The notes: a model not told the origin generated them from the letters alone. 64,000 nucleotides of DNA from Polyangiaceae bacterium (GCA_044376115.1 JBILLK010000025.1:1-64000), one strand, 5' to 3'; shown: positions 19,307 through 30,600, numbered from the stretch's first letter. Numbers and translations: made by a program.

Positions 19307-20563
19307 ATGATGCTTGGACGGTCATGCTCAGTTGGCTTGCTGCTGGTGGCTTGTGGTGAAGAAACCACCGTCGAGCCGCCGCCGCCGCCAGAGAAAGAGC
19401 TGTTGACCGTCGTGCTGGGGGAACCGACGCCGGGCGGAGAGACAGAGTTCCTTGGGGCGACGCTTTCGGCCAACGCCACGGCGGTCAGCTCACTCGAGAA
19501 CCAGGTGATCGTCGGAACCACGGTGGGTGCGTATGCGGGGCTTTTTGTCGCTGGGAGCGAGGGAGCAACCGGTGCGATCGACACCCTCGCCCTGGGTCCA
19601 GCCGAAGCACGCGTGAACGCGCTCGCATCGTTTCAGTCGGGGCTGCTCGTGTTCATGCCCGGCCGCGTCGGGTTTACGAATGGCGCTCCGGTTGAAGAGC
19701 TTGCGGATGCAGAGCTGCTCGTGGAGCTCGGGGTCAGCGCGGTAACCACGCGCAGGCTCGAATCGGAAGGTGAAAGCCACATGCTGCTCGCCAACTCGGC
19801 GGCGTACGAATTCGACGGCGCTGAGCTCACCTCCTGGACGGTTCCAGGCGAGACCGGCGCGCCCACAGCCGCCGCTGCTCGTGAGGATCTTCTGCTGATT
19901 GCCTACGAAGATCGGCTGTACGAGCTTGATCGTGAGAGCAAGACGGGAGTCGCTGTGGACCTCGAGGTCGGGCGAATCAACGCTATCGCTTGCGAGAGCT
20001 CCTCCTGCGATGCGAGCTCGACGCTCTTCCTCGCCACCGAGCGCGGGCTGTGCGTGCGTCATTCTGCGGAGTCCTACACGCTGTACCCGCTCACGAACTC
20101 GGAGGAGGAAGGCACTGCGATTCGCGGGTTTGCTTTGGATGCCGTTTCGCAGCGGCTTTACGCCTGGTCGGATCAGGCGCTCTTGCAGCTCACGAGCGAC
20201 GCGCTCCCGCGAAGGGTCGCGGAGCTCGAGCCTGCGTCGCTGCCGCGAGTCGGGGCGGTCGATGCTGCGGGGGACCTTTGGCTGGCGAGCGGCACGACGC
20301 TATCGCGCTACGAGACCGGGGTGCCTTTGTCCTTCGCGACCGACGTTCTTCCGATCATGTCCACCTTCTGTGCCTCCTGCCACAAGGCTGGGATCAAAGG
20401 GGCGCCGCCGATCGATTTCGAGGACTACGGGGTGGCCAAATCCAAGAGCGACCGCATCGTGGCGCGGATGTCCGACGGATCGATGCCGCCGGCGGGCTCC
20501 GCTCCGGTTCCGGCGGACAAGTTCAAGGTGGTCCAGCTTTGGGCGGCCGAGCCTTCGCCCTAG
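19307..20563 (+). CDS. Lipoprotein with beta-rich domain and C-terminal cytochrome c
   Basis: LVAC lipobox; CASCH and downstream MPP. Confidence 0.7.
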   Translation: MMLGRSCSVGLLLVACGEETTVEPPPPPEKELLTVVLGEPTPGGETEFLGATLSANATAVSSLENQVIVGTTVGAYAGLFVAGSEGATGAIDTLALGPAEARVNALASFQSGLLVFMPGRVGFTNGAPVEELADAELLVELGVSAVTTRRLESEGESHMLLANSAAYEFDGAELTSWTVPGETGAPTAAAAREDLLLIAYEDRLYELDRESKTGVAVDLEVGRINAIACESSSCDASSTLFLATERGLCVRHSAESYTLYPLTNSEEEGTAIRGFALDAVSQRLYAWSDQALLQLTSDALPRRVAELEPASLPRVGAVDAAGDLWLASGTTLSRYETGVPLSFATDVLPIMSTFCASCHKAGIKGAPPIDFEDYGVAKSKSDRIVARMSDGSMPPAGSAPVPADKFKVVQLWAAEPSP

Positions 20564-21167
20564 CTCGGGCCTTCGGTTCGGTCAGCGCCAGCCAGGCGTG
20601 ACCGCGCGGTGATACTTCGTAGCCAACCTCGAAGCTTTGCGTGAGCCCGAGCTTCTTGAGCTTGACCACCCGGGCTTTGAATTCGGGCGTCGGAAGATCG
20701 AAGTGCGGCGCCAACTTGGAGGCGGCCAGGTGGGGTTGTTCGCGAATCAGGAGCAGGGTGCGCAACGTCCAGGGCTCATCGGCGTCCAGCTTGGTGATCG
20801 CTTTCGTTAGCTCGAGGCGTGCGCTTTCACTGAGGGTGGTCTCGAGCGCAGTCTGCACGCGGTCCCCGTCTCCGCCGTAGTGAAGCTCCACTCGAAACAC
20901 CGTTGCCTCCGGAGGTAGCGGCTCCGGGGAGGCCTCCTGCAGGTAGGCGACGAGCTCGGCTTTGGATGCAAAACCCGAGCGTCGCGCGTCTTCCGCGCTG
21001 ATCGCTGCGACCGTGACTTGCGTAAGAGCGTCGACCTCGAGCACGCCGATGGGGTGGCAGCGGTAGCGCCCAGCGGGTCGCACGAGAGGCTTTTTCCAGC
21101 GACGAAAGGTGAGCGTCACCGAGCCGTCCCGGAGCCCAGCGTGAAAACGCTTCTGAAACAACAGCAT
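20523..21167 (-). CDS. ASCH-like domain protein with C-terminal wHTH
   Basis: G.VTLTFRRW, EDARRSGF, KLKKLGLT.S..VGYEVSPRG. Confidence 0.7.
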   Translation of the reverse strand: MLLFQKRFHAGLRDGSVTLTFRRWKKPLVRPAGRYRCHPIGVLEVDALTQVTVAAISAEDARRSGFASKAELVAYLQEASPEPLPPEATVFRVELHYGGDGDRVQTALETTLSESARLELTKAITKLDADEPWTLRTLLLIREQPHLAASKLAPHFDLPTPEFKARVVKLKKLGLTQSFEVGYEVSPRGHAWLALTEPKARARAKARPPKAGPP

Positions 21168-21235
21168 CGCGCTGGAAGTTAGCGGCAAAGCCGTCGCGAA
21201 TGACGGACTTCGTGAAGCGCTAGTGCGACACTGCG

Positions 21236-22177
21236 TTGGTGGAACCCGATTCCTCCCGCCTCGTCGCGAGCCCGCTGCCGATCGATCTCGACCTGAGCGT
21301 GGGCCCGCTGTGTCGCGGTCGTTATGACCCCGTGACGCAGCGCCGCTCCAAGGGCGAATACGTCCGCGCGATTCGTACGGACGAGGGGCCGGTCACGCTG
21401 CGGTTCCTGCAGCGTTCGCCCACCACCGTGCACGTCGAGGCGTACGGTCCCGGGCACCGCTTCGCGATCGAACATTGTCCGGACTTCGTCGGCGCCAACG
21501 ATTCGCTCGAGGGCTTCGAACCGAGCGGCCCCATCGCAGAGCTGCATCGGCGCTTCGCGGGGCTGCGCATGATTCGCTCGCGAACGCTGTTCCAGAATCT
21601 CTTGCTGTCGGTTTTGGAGCAGAAGGTCCACGGCAAAGATGCGTTCATGAGCTTCCGTGCGATCGTGCGTGAGCTCGGTGAGCCGGCCCCCGGGCCATTC
21701 GAGTTGTGGTTGACCCCCGAGCCCGCGCTGCTGGGGACCCAGCCATCGTTTCGGATGCGCGAGTTCGGCGTCGACGCCAAACGCAGCTCGGCGCTGCAGT
21801 TTGCGGCCAGGCGTGCGGCCCGGCTCGAGAAGCTATGCGAAGGCCCGCTCGAGGAAGCCCACCGCTATTTGTGCGCGATGCCTGGCATCGGGCCGTGGAC
21901 AGCGGCAGAGGTGCTGCGACCGACGATGGGCGATGCCGACGCGGTTTCGGTCGGTGATTTCCACGTGCCCAACATGGTTGCGTGGCACCTCGCAGGCGAA
22001 GCACGCGCCGACGACGCTCGCATGCTGGAGCTTTTGGCGCCGTTCAGTGGTCACCGCGGTCGGGTGGTCGCGCTACTGAGCGCGCTGGGAGAGGGCGCGC
22101 CCAAGTTCGGGCCCAAGTCTGGGCTGCGCCCCTTCGTCGCAGGGGCGATTCGGCCTTTTCGCAAGGGATCTTGGTGA
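21236..22177 (+). CDS. HhH-GPD DNA glycosylase (AlkA/3-methyladenine glycosylase II family)
   Basis: VLEQKV, MPGIGPWTA HhH, VGDFH. Confidence 0.85.
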   Translation: MVEPDSSRLVASPLPIDLDLSVGPLCRGRYDPVTQRRSKGEYVRAIRTDEGPVTLRFLQRSPTTVHVEAYGPGHRFAIEHCPDFVGANDSLEGFEPSGPIAELHRRFAGLRMIRSRTLFQNLLLSVLEQKVHGKDAFMSFRAIVRELGEPAPGPFELWLTPEPALLGTQPSFRMREFGVDAKRSSALQFAARRAARLEKLCEGPLEEAHRYLCAMPGIGPWTAAEVLRPTMGDADAVSVGDFHVPNMVAWHLAGEARADDARMLELLAPFSGHRGRVVALLSALGEGAPKFGPKSGLRPFVAGAIRPFRKGSW

Positions 22178-22270
22178 TCCGAGTCAGCGCTTGCATGAGC
22201 ACTTATCGAAGCGACAACGCTGTCCGCCGGAAACTGGACAGACTCGTAGGTACTGATTAGACAGACAGGC

Positions 22271-22567
22271 ATGAACAAAGCACTGAACGCACTGAACACG
22301 ACGACTGAACGCCAGGTGTTGGTGATGCTCTTCGACTTTGCGCGACGAGACGTTCACGCGACGGTGATTCGGCTCGTACAAGCCATCGGCTGTGACCGTC
22401 CTTCGGTGGAAGCGGCGCTCGAGCGGCTGGACGCACACGGCCTCGTTGATCGGGACAAGGTGCGGTTATCGATGCAGGGCCTTGCGACGGCGATGTTTCT
22501 CGGTGCGCCGGTGCTCCAGCGCAAGTCGAGCGCCGGGCTCAAAGTTGCAGCGAAGCGCGCGGCTTGA
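22271..22567 (+). CDS. Small winged-helix protein
   Basis: 98 aa; VEAALERLDAHGLVD..RLSMQG wHTH pattern. Confidence 0.6.
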   Translation: MNKALNALNTTTERQVLVMLFDFARRDVHATVIRLVQAIGCDRPSVEAALERLDAHGLVDRDKVRLSMQGLATAMFLGAPVLQRKSSAGLKVAAKRAA

Positions 22568-22646
22568 GGTCGGCGCTAGGGGCATCGCAAAACGGCGGCG
22601 CAGTTCAGGGGTTGACGGGGCGAGGTCGACCCAGCACAGCCGTTGG

Positions 22647-23564
22647 ATGCGCGCTTTGCTCAGCGTCGTCGCTCTGTTCGGGATGCTCGCGTGCGGCAGC
22701 GAGAGCACTTCAACTTCCGCCACCACGGGCGCAGAAGCGGGCGGTGGTAGCGGTGGAGCGCCGGCCGGAGGCGGCGGGGAAGGTGCTGGCGGCGCCCCCG
22801 CAGACCCTTCGATCCGCGTCCTTACCTGGAACCTCGAGCACTTCCCCAAGACCGAGAACACGGTTGCGGGCATCCTTTCGGTGCTCGAGCAGACCAAGCC
22901 GGACGTGGTTGGCGTCCAGGAGATCGACGATCTCGCGCAGTGGGAGCAACTCGATCAAGCGTTGTCCGAGTACGGGGCGGTCACGGCCTCCTCGGGAGAC
23001 GGATTTGCTCGGGTAGGACTTCTCTACCGGCAAGCTCGAGTGAATCTTGGTGAGGTTGAAACCCTGTTCGCCAACGATTCGTATGCGTTCCCGCGGCCGA
23101 TGCTCAAGGCGCGGGTAAGGTCGGTGCAAAATCCCGAGCATGACTTCGTCTTCGGCGTGGTGCACCTCAAGGCCATGCTCGACAGCGAGAGTTTGGCGCG
23201 TCGGCGTGACGCCTGTGAAAAGCTCGACCTCTGGGTACGCACAGCCGCGCAGAACGGCGTCGAGTCCGAGTTCGTGTTGGCCGGCGATTGGAATGCCGAG
23301 CTAACCGAAAGTCCCCAATACAACGCCTTCGGGCCGCTGCTTACGCTAGCGGAAAGTCGCTTTCTCACGTTGACCCTCGAGCAGGAGGGCGGGTTTAGCT
23401 ACCTGCCATTCGAGAGCTTCATCGATCACGTATTCGTGTTTGGCGACGCTGCGATCGGGAGCTCCGACGCTCAGGTCGTCACGGCCAATGAGTTCGTGCC
23501 GTCGTACGAGGCCAATGTTTCGGACCACCTGCCGGTGCTGGCCACGCTGCGCTTCGCGCGCTGA
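22647..23564 (+). CDS. Endonuclease/exonuclease/phosphatase family lipoprotein
   Basis: MLAC lipobox, TWNL, VQEI, HLKA, GDWN, IDH, SDHLP. Confidence 0.88.
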   Translation: MRALLSVVALFGMLACGSESTSTSATTGAEAGGGSGGAPAGGGGEGAGGAPADPSIRVLTWNLEHFPKTENTVAGILSVLEQTKPDVVGVQEIDDLAQWEQLDQALSEYGAVTASSGDGFARVGLLYRQARVNLGEVETLFANDSYAFPRPMLKARVRSVQNPEHDFVFGVVHLKAMLDSESLARRRDACEKLDLWVRTAAQNGVESEFVLAGDWNAELTESPQYNAFGPLLTLAESRFLTLTLEQEGGFSYLPFESFIDHVFVFGDAAIGSSDAQVVTANEFVPSYEANVSDHLPVLATLRFAR

Positions 23565-23567
23565 GCG

Positions 23568-24608
23568 TCATTCGATTCCGCGCCGCGTTTTGGTCAGGTC
23601 CCGCGCCAAACAGTCGACCACGATGGTATCGGCGAGGTGCACTTCGGTGTCCCGTCGAACCCGCTCGTAGCTGTCGCTGCCTTCGCGCTTGAGGCTGGTG
23701 ACGCGCACCCCGTGATCCTCCTCGAAGTTGCTCACGAGCTGGGTCTTCGAGCCTTGGCCTACGACCAACTCGATCACGACGTGAACGTCGCTGCCAATCT
23801 CGTACACGCTACGGACGCCCTGCTCGGTGGCTTGCAGCGCCACGAGCGGCGCTGCCAGGGCGCTGGTGGAGAAGGTCTCGTCGAGATCGAGCACACCGCC
23901 GACCTTGGTCGCCAAGCCCTGGTCGAACATGCGCAGGACCACGCGGATCTTTGGGTTGACCTTCTTCGAGTCGATCGCGACCTCGAGATTCACCAGGTCG
24001 TTGTCGGTTGCGCACACGACGGCGCGCGCATGCTCGATCCCCGCCTGCAAGAGCAGATCATCGCGACGGGCGTCCCCTTGAATGACCGGGATTCCCAGCA
24101 CGCGCACATGCTCGATGAAGCTCTCGTCCTTCGCCTCGATGGCCACGATCGGCCGACCGAGCTGCTGCAGCGCTTGCACCACGCGGTACCCGACGTGTCC
24201 GAGCCCGCACACCACAACGTGATCTTTCATTCTGGCACTCATGATTCTGACCCACAGCGCACGGCGCTCTTCCCCGTCGAGCAGCGAGGCTCCCACTTTG
24301 ACGACGCCCTCCGCGATCGCGATCGTGCCCACCAGCGGGGTGACCCAAAAAATCGCGCGTGCGACCGGCGCCTTCGGTAGCGGCGCGGTCGGTTGGAAGA
24401 AGACCTGCATGTACATCGCATACAGCTCCTCCCCGAAGGTGCGCGTTGGCTCGCCGACCCGATGCATGTCCCACTGCACCACGATGGCCGCGAGCAGTGT
24501 GTACAGCACGATCACCAGGATGGGCGGCAGCAGTCGCTTGGCGATGTGAGCGAGCACCAACAAGGTGACCGCTCGCGGCTCATTCATCCCGGAGGTCGAT
24601 CGCGTCAT
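23568..24608 (-). CDS. TrkA-N (RCK) domain potassium-channel family protein
   Basis: TM segments then VVCGLGHVG, GDA, TDNDLVN. Confidence 0.85.
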   Translation of the reverse strand: MTRSTSGMNEPRAVTLLVLAHIAKRLLPPILVIVLYTLLAAIVVQWDMHRVGEPTRTFGEELYAMYMQVFFQPTAPLPKAPVARAIFWVTPLVGTIAIAEGVVKVGASLLDGEERRALWVRIMSARMKDHVVVCGLGHVGYRVVQALQQLGRPIVAIEAKDESFIEHVRVLGIPVIQGDARRDDLLLQAGIEHARAVVCATDNDLVNLEVAIDSKKVNPKIRVVLRMFDQGLATKVGGVLDLDETFSTSALAAPLVALQATEQGVRSVYEIGSDVHVVIELVVGQGSKTQLVSNFEEDHGVRVTSLKREGSDSYERVRRDTEVHLADTIVVDCLARDLTKTRRGIE

Positions 24609-24632
24609 GGCCTGCGACTTTGGAGGACGAAC

Positions 24633-25097
24633 TCAGCTCTTCGCCGAGTTCTCGACACCAAGCAATACGTCCAGCTGACCGTCTTTGTCCTTTTTCACCA
24701 GCTCGTCGAAGCTGCCCAGATAGACCCCACGTACGTAGACGTAGGGCGTCTTGTAGCTCTTGGTCTCGCGGATCAGCCGCTGCTCGAAGCCGCGATGGTC
24801 TTCATCGTCGATGTCGATCAAGCGCGCGGCCAACGATTTCTGTTGGATCAAACGCACCGCCATCCCGCTGCGGTCACAGCTGCGTTTGCCGTAAATCTGC
24901 ACCGCCAGCCCGGCGTCACCGAGCGGCTTCTCTTCGACCGCAGCTACGGCCGGCGCTGCTGCGAAAGGATCTGTGGGAGTGAGGGGCGCTGGAATGTCGG
25001 CGAGGCGCCGACGGGGCTGTTTGCGAAAGCGGTCCATCGCCAAGTCGGCCTTCGTCACCAAGCTATCGACGACATCCACCCAATCGCGCTTCGGCAT
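24633..25097 (-). CDS. Glutaredoxin-like protein (CxxS)
   Basis: IYGKRSCDRS, TPYVYVRGVYLGSFDEL. Confidence 0.72.
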   Translation of the reverse strand: MPKRDWVDVVDSLVTKADLAMDRFRKQPRRRLADIPAPLTPTDPFAAAPAVAAVEEKPLGDAGLAVQIYGKRSCDRSGMAVRLIQQKSLAARLIDIDDEDHRGFEQRLIRETKSYKTPYVYVRGVYLGSFDELVKKDKDGQLDVLLGVENSAKS

Positions 25098-25138
25098 GGC
25101 AGCGCACTACCATCGCAGATGCCGCCGGGGAAGCGCGC

Positions 25139-25768
25139 TCAGTCGTCCCAGCGCACGAGGGCACGACAAAGCGGAGCGCCCGTCGAGACGCAGCCCACCC
25201 GCTCGACCACCACATTTCTCGCTCCCATCGCGTGAAAGGTGGCGCGCATCGTCTCAGTGGTGACGACGCACAACCAGCGGTGGTGACCAGGCCAGTGCTC
25301 GATCGTCGAGTCTGCGAGCCCGGCGGAGGTAATCACGATCTTGCGCGTCCCGGTGGTGTGCAGCAGGTTCCACGCGCGTTGGATGTGGCGCGCATAGAGT
25401 TTGGGGCTGGCGACCATTCGAAAGAGGTACTGGTAGATTCCGCGGGTCAGCTTTGCCACCGCTGCTTCGCTCGCCTCGGCGATCAGCTTGTGCATGTCGT
25501 TGGGACACTCCTCCGCCAGCGTGTCGAGCACAGCGTGAATCAGCTCTACCGGGTACCAGTCGGTTCCCACCAGACCCAAGGCCGGCCGATCGAACCAGAC
25601 GAGATCCGCGGTGCTCCCCGCTAGCCGCCGTTGCAGCCCCTGGTGGTAGTTCGTGCCACGTTGCTTCTCATACCAAAGCAAGAACTCACGCACGGTAGCG
25701 CCTTTCATCGCGGGGGCGGGGCCGCCCGCCGATGAGCCTGACCCATACGGGTCGTCGGCATGGCGCAT
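25139..25768 (-). CDS. Myxobacterial DUF2378/V4R-like hypothetical protein
   Basis: MKG.., WYP, W...HTTG, CVSTGAPLC...VRW. Confidence 0.55.
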   Translation of the reverse strand: MRHADDPYGSGSSAGGPAPAMKGATVREFLLWYEKQRGTNYHQGLQRRLAGSTADLVWFDRPALGLVGTDWYPVELIHAVLDTLAEECPNDMHKLIAEASEAAVAKLTRGIYQYLFRMVASPKLYARHIQRAWNLLHTTGTRKIVITSAGLADSTIEHWPGHHRWLCVVTTETMRATFHAMGARNVVVERVGCVSTGAPLCRALVRWDD

Positions 25769-25883
25769 GGTCTCAGCATAGGCTGCTTGGGCTGCTTCGT
25801 CAGGTTGATCCTTTGCGCTGCCGATCCTTCCTCGAGGAACACCGCTTGCTCGTTCCGAGGTAGCCTGCCGCGGAGGAGGTTTC

Positions 25884-26561
25884 TTGGAGATTGTCTTCGT
25901 TCGCCACGGTCAGCCCGAGTGGATTGCCGATGGCAAGCCGCAGATGGACCCGAAGCTCACCGAGCTCGGGCGGCTGCAATCGCAGCGGGTCGCTGAACGG
26001 CTCGCCAAGCGCGGCGCCACTCACTTTTGGACCTCGCCGGCGCGGCGTGCGCGCGAGACGGCTGAGCCGTTCGCCGAGCGCATCGGGAGCCCAGCCAAAG
26101 TCGTTGAGGACCTGGTCGAGCTCAAGCTGCCGGATTGGTCGGACCGTGAACCCAACGTGATCGCCGAGACCTTCTTACAAGCTCGCTCCCGACCGCCCAA
26201 GGCGTGGTGGCAGGGGATGCCCGGCGGTGAGGATTTTGCGACCTTCCAGACCCGCGTACGCAAGGCTCTACTGACGCAGCTCGAGGGGCTTGGCGTCAAA
26301 CTGGTGGATGAGGAGCATTCGCTTTTTCACGTGCCCGCGGAAATCGGCCGGCTTGTGATCTTTGGCCACGGAGGGACGAATAGCGTCGCCATGACTGTGC
26401 TTCTTGGCGTTCCGAGCGTGCCTTGGGAGTGGGAACGGTTCATGCTCCATCACACAGGGATCCTGCGGCTCAAAGCCGTACCCATCGGACCGGCCCATAT
26501 CTTTAGCGTGCGCGCGTTCAATGACTGTGAACACCTCGAGAAAGCCCAAAGAACTGCTTAG
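25884..26561 (+). CDS. Histidine phosphatase family protein
   Basis: VRHG, SP.RRARETA, GHGG, NDCEHL; GGAGG RBS before TTG. Confidence 0.88.
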   Translation: MEIVFVRHGQPEWIADGKPQMDPKLTELGRLQSQRVAERLAKRGATHFWTSPARRARETAEPFAERIGSPAKVVEDLVELKLPDWSDREPNVIAETFLQARSRPPKAWWQGMPGGEDFATFQTRVRKALLTQLEGLGVKLVDEEHSLFHVPAEIGRLVIFGHGGTNSVAMTVLLGVPSVPWEWERFMLHHTGILRLKAVPIGPAHIFSVRAFNDCEHLEKAQRTA

Positions 26562-26568
26562 CCATCGC

Positions 26569-27612
26569 TTGTTTGCCAGCGCTCTGCTCGCCTCGACCAG
26601 CAGCTGTCAGGCGTTTTTTCCGCTGCCGAGCGACGTCGAACTGGACGAGACGCTCGCGCCGGTGGTGACAGTGGCGAAGGTCCAGGGCGAACCGTTCACC
26701 GAGGGCGAGGTGATCGTCGCCAAGGTGCTGGTGGAGGACGTATCGGTGGGGACGGCTTCGATCCGCGTCGGCAAGAAGTGCCTGCTCGATGGCAAGCCGG
26801 CGTTGCCGCTCGACGGGGCAGGGGACTTGAGCGGCATTCTCGCGGTGTTCTCCGATTCTTCGGCGGCCACTCGGGGCTTCATCGATCTCGAGACAGGCGG
26901 TGCGCTCGAGAGCCGCTGGGACTTCGACTACGATGAGAAGCGTCTGCTGGTCGAGACCGACTTCGCGCCCGGAGGCTTCCGCATGCACCAGCGTCGCGAG
27001 GTCCCCGGGCAAAAGACTCGCAACAGCGTCAAGCGGGTGGAGCTGAAGACCGAGCAGACGCCGCATGACGGCCATTCGCTGCTGGGCTTTCTGCGGCGTT
27101 GGGACGCCGAGGAGGGCACCCAAGGCTTCGCCTACGTGTTCGCCGGTCGCTATCTGATGCGGATCGACATGGGCGTCACCGGTCGGGAGACGATTCGCAC
27201 GGTGCTGGGTGACCAGGAAGCCATCCGTATCGACGGTGTGGGCGCGAAGCTCTCCGAGAAGACGTTGCAGCCGCAGCCCGGAACGCGGGCCCAGCCGTTC
27301 GTGTTCTGGTTCTCGGCGGACGAGCGGCGCGTGCCGTTGCGGATCGAGGTCGAGAGCGACCTCGGCGCGCTCACCTTGGAGCTCAGCAAGTACGAGGTCG
27401 TTCCAACGGCGCCAGGCTCTGCGCAGCCCTGCGATGGGCGCGTCGACAAGGTTGAGCTCGCCAAGGCCAAAGCCCCGCGGCCGAAGCGAACCGACGGAAA
27501 GATGCCGAGGTTCCGCCGATCGCCGAGCGAGCCGCCGTTCGGTCGTGACAAGGCCAAGCCGAAAGAAGTTGCGCCCGTTCCTGCTAAGCCATCGGCGTCT
27601 CCGGCGAAGTGA
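26569..27612 (+). CDS. DUF3108-like exported protein (start approximate)
   Basis: PFTEGE..., WFSADERRVPLRIE C-terminal motif, possible lipobox TSSC. Confidence 0.65.
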   Translation: MFASALLASTSSCQAFFPLPSDVELDETLAPVVTVAKVQGEPFTEGEVIVAKVLVEDVSVGTASIRVGKKCLLDGKPALPLDGAGDLSGILAVFSDSSAATRGFIDLETGGALESRWDFDYDEKRLLVETDFAPGGFRMHQRREVPGQKTRNSVKRVELKTEQTPHDGHSLLGFLRRWDAEEGTQGFAYVFAGRYLMRIDMGVTGRETIRTVLGDQEAIRIDGVGAKLSEKTLQPQPGTRAQPFVFWFSADERRVPLRIEVESDLGALTLELSKYEVVPTAPGSAQPCDGRVDKVELAKAKAPRPKRTDGKMPRFRRSPSEPPFGRDKAKPKEVAPVPAKPSASPAK

Positions 27613-30600
27613 AGAAGAAAGCCTCGGCGTCGTCTTCGGGCACTGCGCTCGCCGGCTTCAGTGCGCCGGTGCAAGCCTGGTTTGCCGCGTCCTTTGCGGC
27701 GCCCACCCATGCGCAGACGCTCGGCTTGCCGGTGATCGCGAGCGGTGCATCCACCTTGCTCCTGGCTCCCACCGGCTCGGGCAAAACGTTGACCGCCTTC
27801 CTCTCGGCGCTCGACAAGCTGATGTTCCACAGCGCGCAAGCGGATGCTCAGCCAGGCGATGTGAGCGTGCTCTACGTCTCGCCGCTGAAGGCGCTGGCGG
27901 TGGACATCGAGAAGAACCTACGCGCGCCGTTGGTTGGCATCGGTCACGCGGCCAAGCGGCTCAACGTGCCCTTCCGCGAGCCGTCGATCTTCGTCCGCTC
28001 CGGCGACACGCACGCGAGCGAGCGACGCGCCTTCCAGCGGAGCGGCGCTGACATCGTAATCACCACCCCGGAGTCGCTCTACCTGATGCTGACCTCGGAG
28101 ATCGCGCGGCGCTTTGCCCGCGTACAGACGGTCATCATCGACGAAATCCACGTGATGGCCGGCACCAAGCGAGGCAGCCATTTGTTCTTGTCGTTGGAGC
28201 GGCTCGAGGCTCTGCGCAGCGCTGAGAGGCCGCTGCAGCGCATCGGCCTCTCGGCTACGGTGCGGCCGCTCGAGCCAGTGGCGCGCGCGCTCGCCGGGCT
28301 CACGCTGACGGGCGAACCGCGGCCGGTGACCATCATCGATGCCGGCACGCGCCGAGCGCTCGAGCTGTCGATCGAGGTGCCGGCTCGCGACATGAAGAAC
28401 CTCTCGGAGCGCGACGTGGGGCCGGGTTCGGCCGCTGAGTCGCTCGAGAGCGGTGAGGCGCCGCGTAAAGGCGGCTCGATCTGGCCCACCATCTACCCGC
28501 GGCTGGTCGCGCTGATTTTGCAGCATCGGACGACGCTGGTGTTCGTCAACAACCGACGTCTCGCCGAGCGGCTGGCGCAGGCCATCAACGAGCTCGCGGA
28601 GCAAGAACTCGCGCTGGCGCATCACGGATCGATCGCCCACGAACGGCGCTCCATCATCGAAGATCGTCTCAAGCGCGGGGACGTCCGCGCCATCATCGCG
28701 ACGAGCTCGCTCGAGCTCGGTATCGATATGGGCACGATCGATCTGGTGGTGCAGATCGAAGCTCCGCCCACGGTCTCAGCCGGATTGCAACGCGTCGGCC
28801 GCGCCGGTCACAACGTGGCGAGCGTTTCGCGCGGGGTGGTGATTCCGAAGTTTCGCGGAGATCTCTTGGCCTCCGCCGCCACCGTCTTGGCGATGAAGAA
28901 CGGCGAGGTCGAGCAGACGCGCATCCCGGAGAACCCGCTCGATATTCTCGCGCAGCAGGTGGTGGCGATCGTGGCTGAGCGCTCGATCGGCTACGACGAA
29001 CTCGGCGCGCTGGTACGGGGCGCCTATCCCTTTCGAGCGTTGCCGAAGTCGGCCTTTGACGGCGTGCTCGACATGCTCACCGGCCGTTATCCGTCGCACG
29101 AGTTCAGCGAGCTTTCGCCCCGCATCAACTGGGACCGCGTGAGCAACGTGCTCTCCGGCCGGCGCTCCTCCAAACGCTTGGCCATCATCTCGGGCGGCAC
29201 CATCCCAGACCGCGGCCTGTTCGGCGTCTTTCTCGATGGCGCCGAGAAGCCGATCCGCATCGGCGAACTCGACGAGGAGATGGTGTTCGAGTCTCGCGTC
29301 GGGGAGATCTTCCTCTTGGGCGCTTCTTCTTGGCGCATCACCGAGATCACGAACGACCGGGTGCTCGCGTTGCCGGCTCCCGGCGAGGCGGGGAAGATGC
29401 CGTTTTGGCGCGGAGATCGCGCGTCTCGACCGTTTGAACTCGGGCTGAAGATCGGAGCGCTCGCACGCACTCTGTCCGGCCTCAGCCGCGAACGTTCACT
29501 TGCGTTGCTCGAGAAAGAGCACGGCATGGATGAGAACGCCCGTGAGAACCTGGTGCGCTTGATCGAGGAGCAGAAGGCCGCGACGGGCGAGCTGCCGAGC
29601 GATAAGACCATCGTGATCGAGCGTTTCCTCGACGAGCTCGGCGACCAGCGGATCTGCGTCTTGTGCCCGTTTGGTTCGCGCATCTTGGCGCCTTGGGCGA
29701 TGGCCATCCGCTCGCGGCTGGTGGCCGAGTCCGCGCTCGATGTGGACGTGATCTATAGCGACGACGGCATCATCTTTCGCATCGCCGACGTCGAGTCGGC
29801 GCCGCCTCCGCTCTCGCTCATCCCTTCGCCGGGTGAGGTGGAAGGCGAGCTCGAGCGCGGGCTCTCGTCGACAGCGCTGTTTGCTGCGCGCTTTCGCGAG
29901 AACGCTGCGCGCTCCTTGCTTTTGCCGAAGAAGAGTCCGCAAAAGCGGATGCCGCTGTGGGCCCAACGTCGGCGGGCCGCCGAGCTGCTCGCAGTCGCGG
30001 CCAATTACCCCTCCTTCCCACTGCTGCTCGAAACCTACCGCGAGTGCATGAAGGACATCTTCGATGTGCCGGCCTTGCTCGAGGTGCTGAGCGGGATCGA
30101 GTCGCGCGCCATCCGCGTGGTGCAGGTCGATACCGAGGTGCCATCGCCGCTCGCGGCCTCGCTGCTCTTTTCGTACGTGGCGAACTTCATGTACGAGGGC
30201 GACTCGCCGCTCGCGGAGCGCCGTGCGCAAGCGTTGACGCTCGATCCGGACCGCCTGCGCGAGCTGCTCGGCGAGGTCGAACTGGCCGAGCTACTCGACG
30301 CGCAGGCGCTTGACGAGGTGTCGCTCGCAGCCGCAGGTACCCGGCTTTGCGCCAACGCCGACCACGTGCACGACCTCTTGCTCAGCGTTGGGGATCGCAG
30401 CGAAGCCGAGCTCGTCGCTCGTCTGCTCGATCCCGGTGGGTGGCCCGCCTTGCGACAAGAGCTGCTGGTCTCGCGACGTGCCGTGATGGTGCGCATTGCC
30501 TCCGAGGAGAGATGGATCGCGATCGAGGACGCCGCTGCTTATCGCGACGCCCTCGGGGTGGTTCCGCCGCCGGGGCTCCCGCAGGCACTTTTGGCCCCCG

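Noticed and set aside
22283..22310. Three ACTGAAC direct repeats resembling a Myxococcus LexA half-site
   Set aside because: Inside a coding start (ALNALN), and the full consensus is not met
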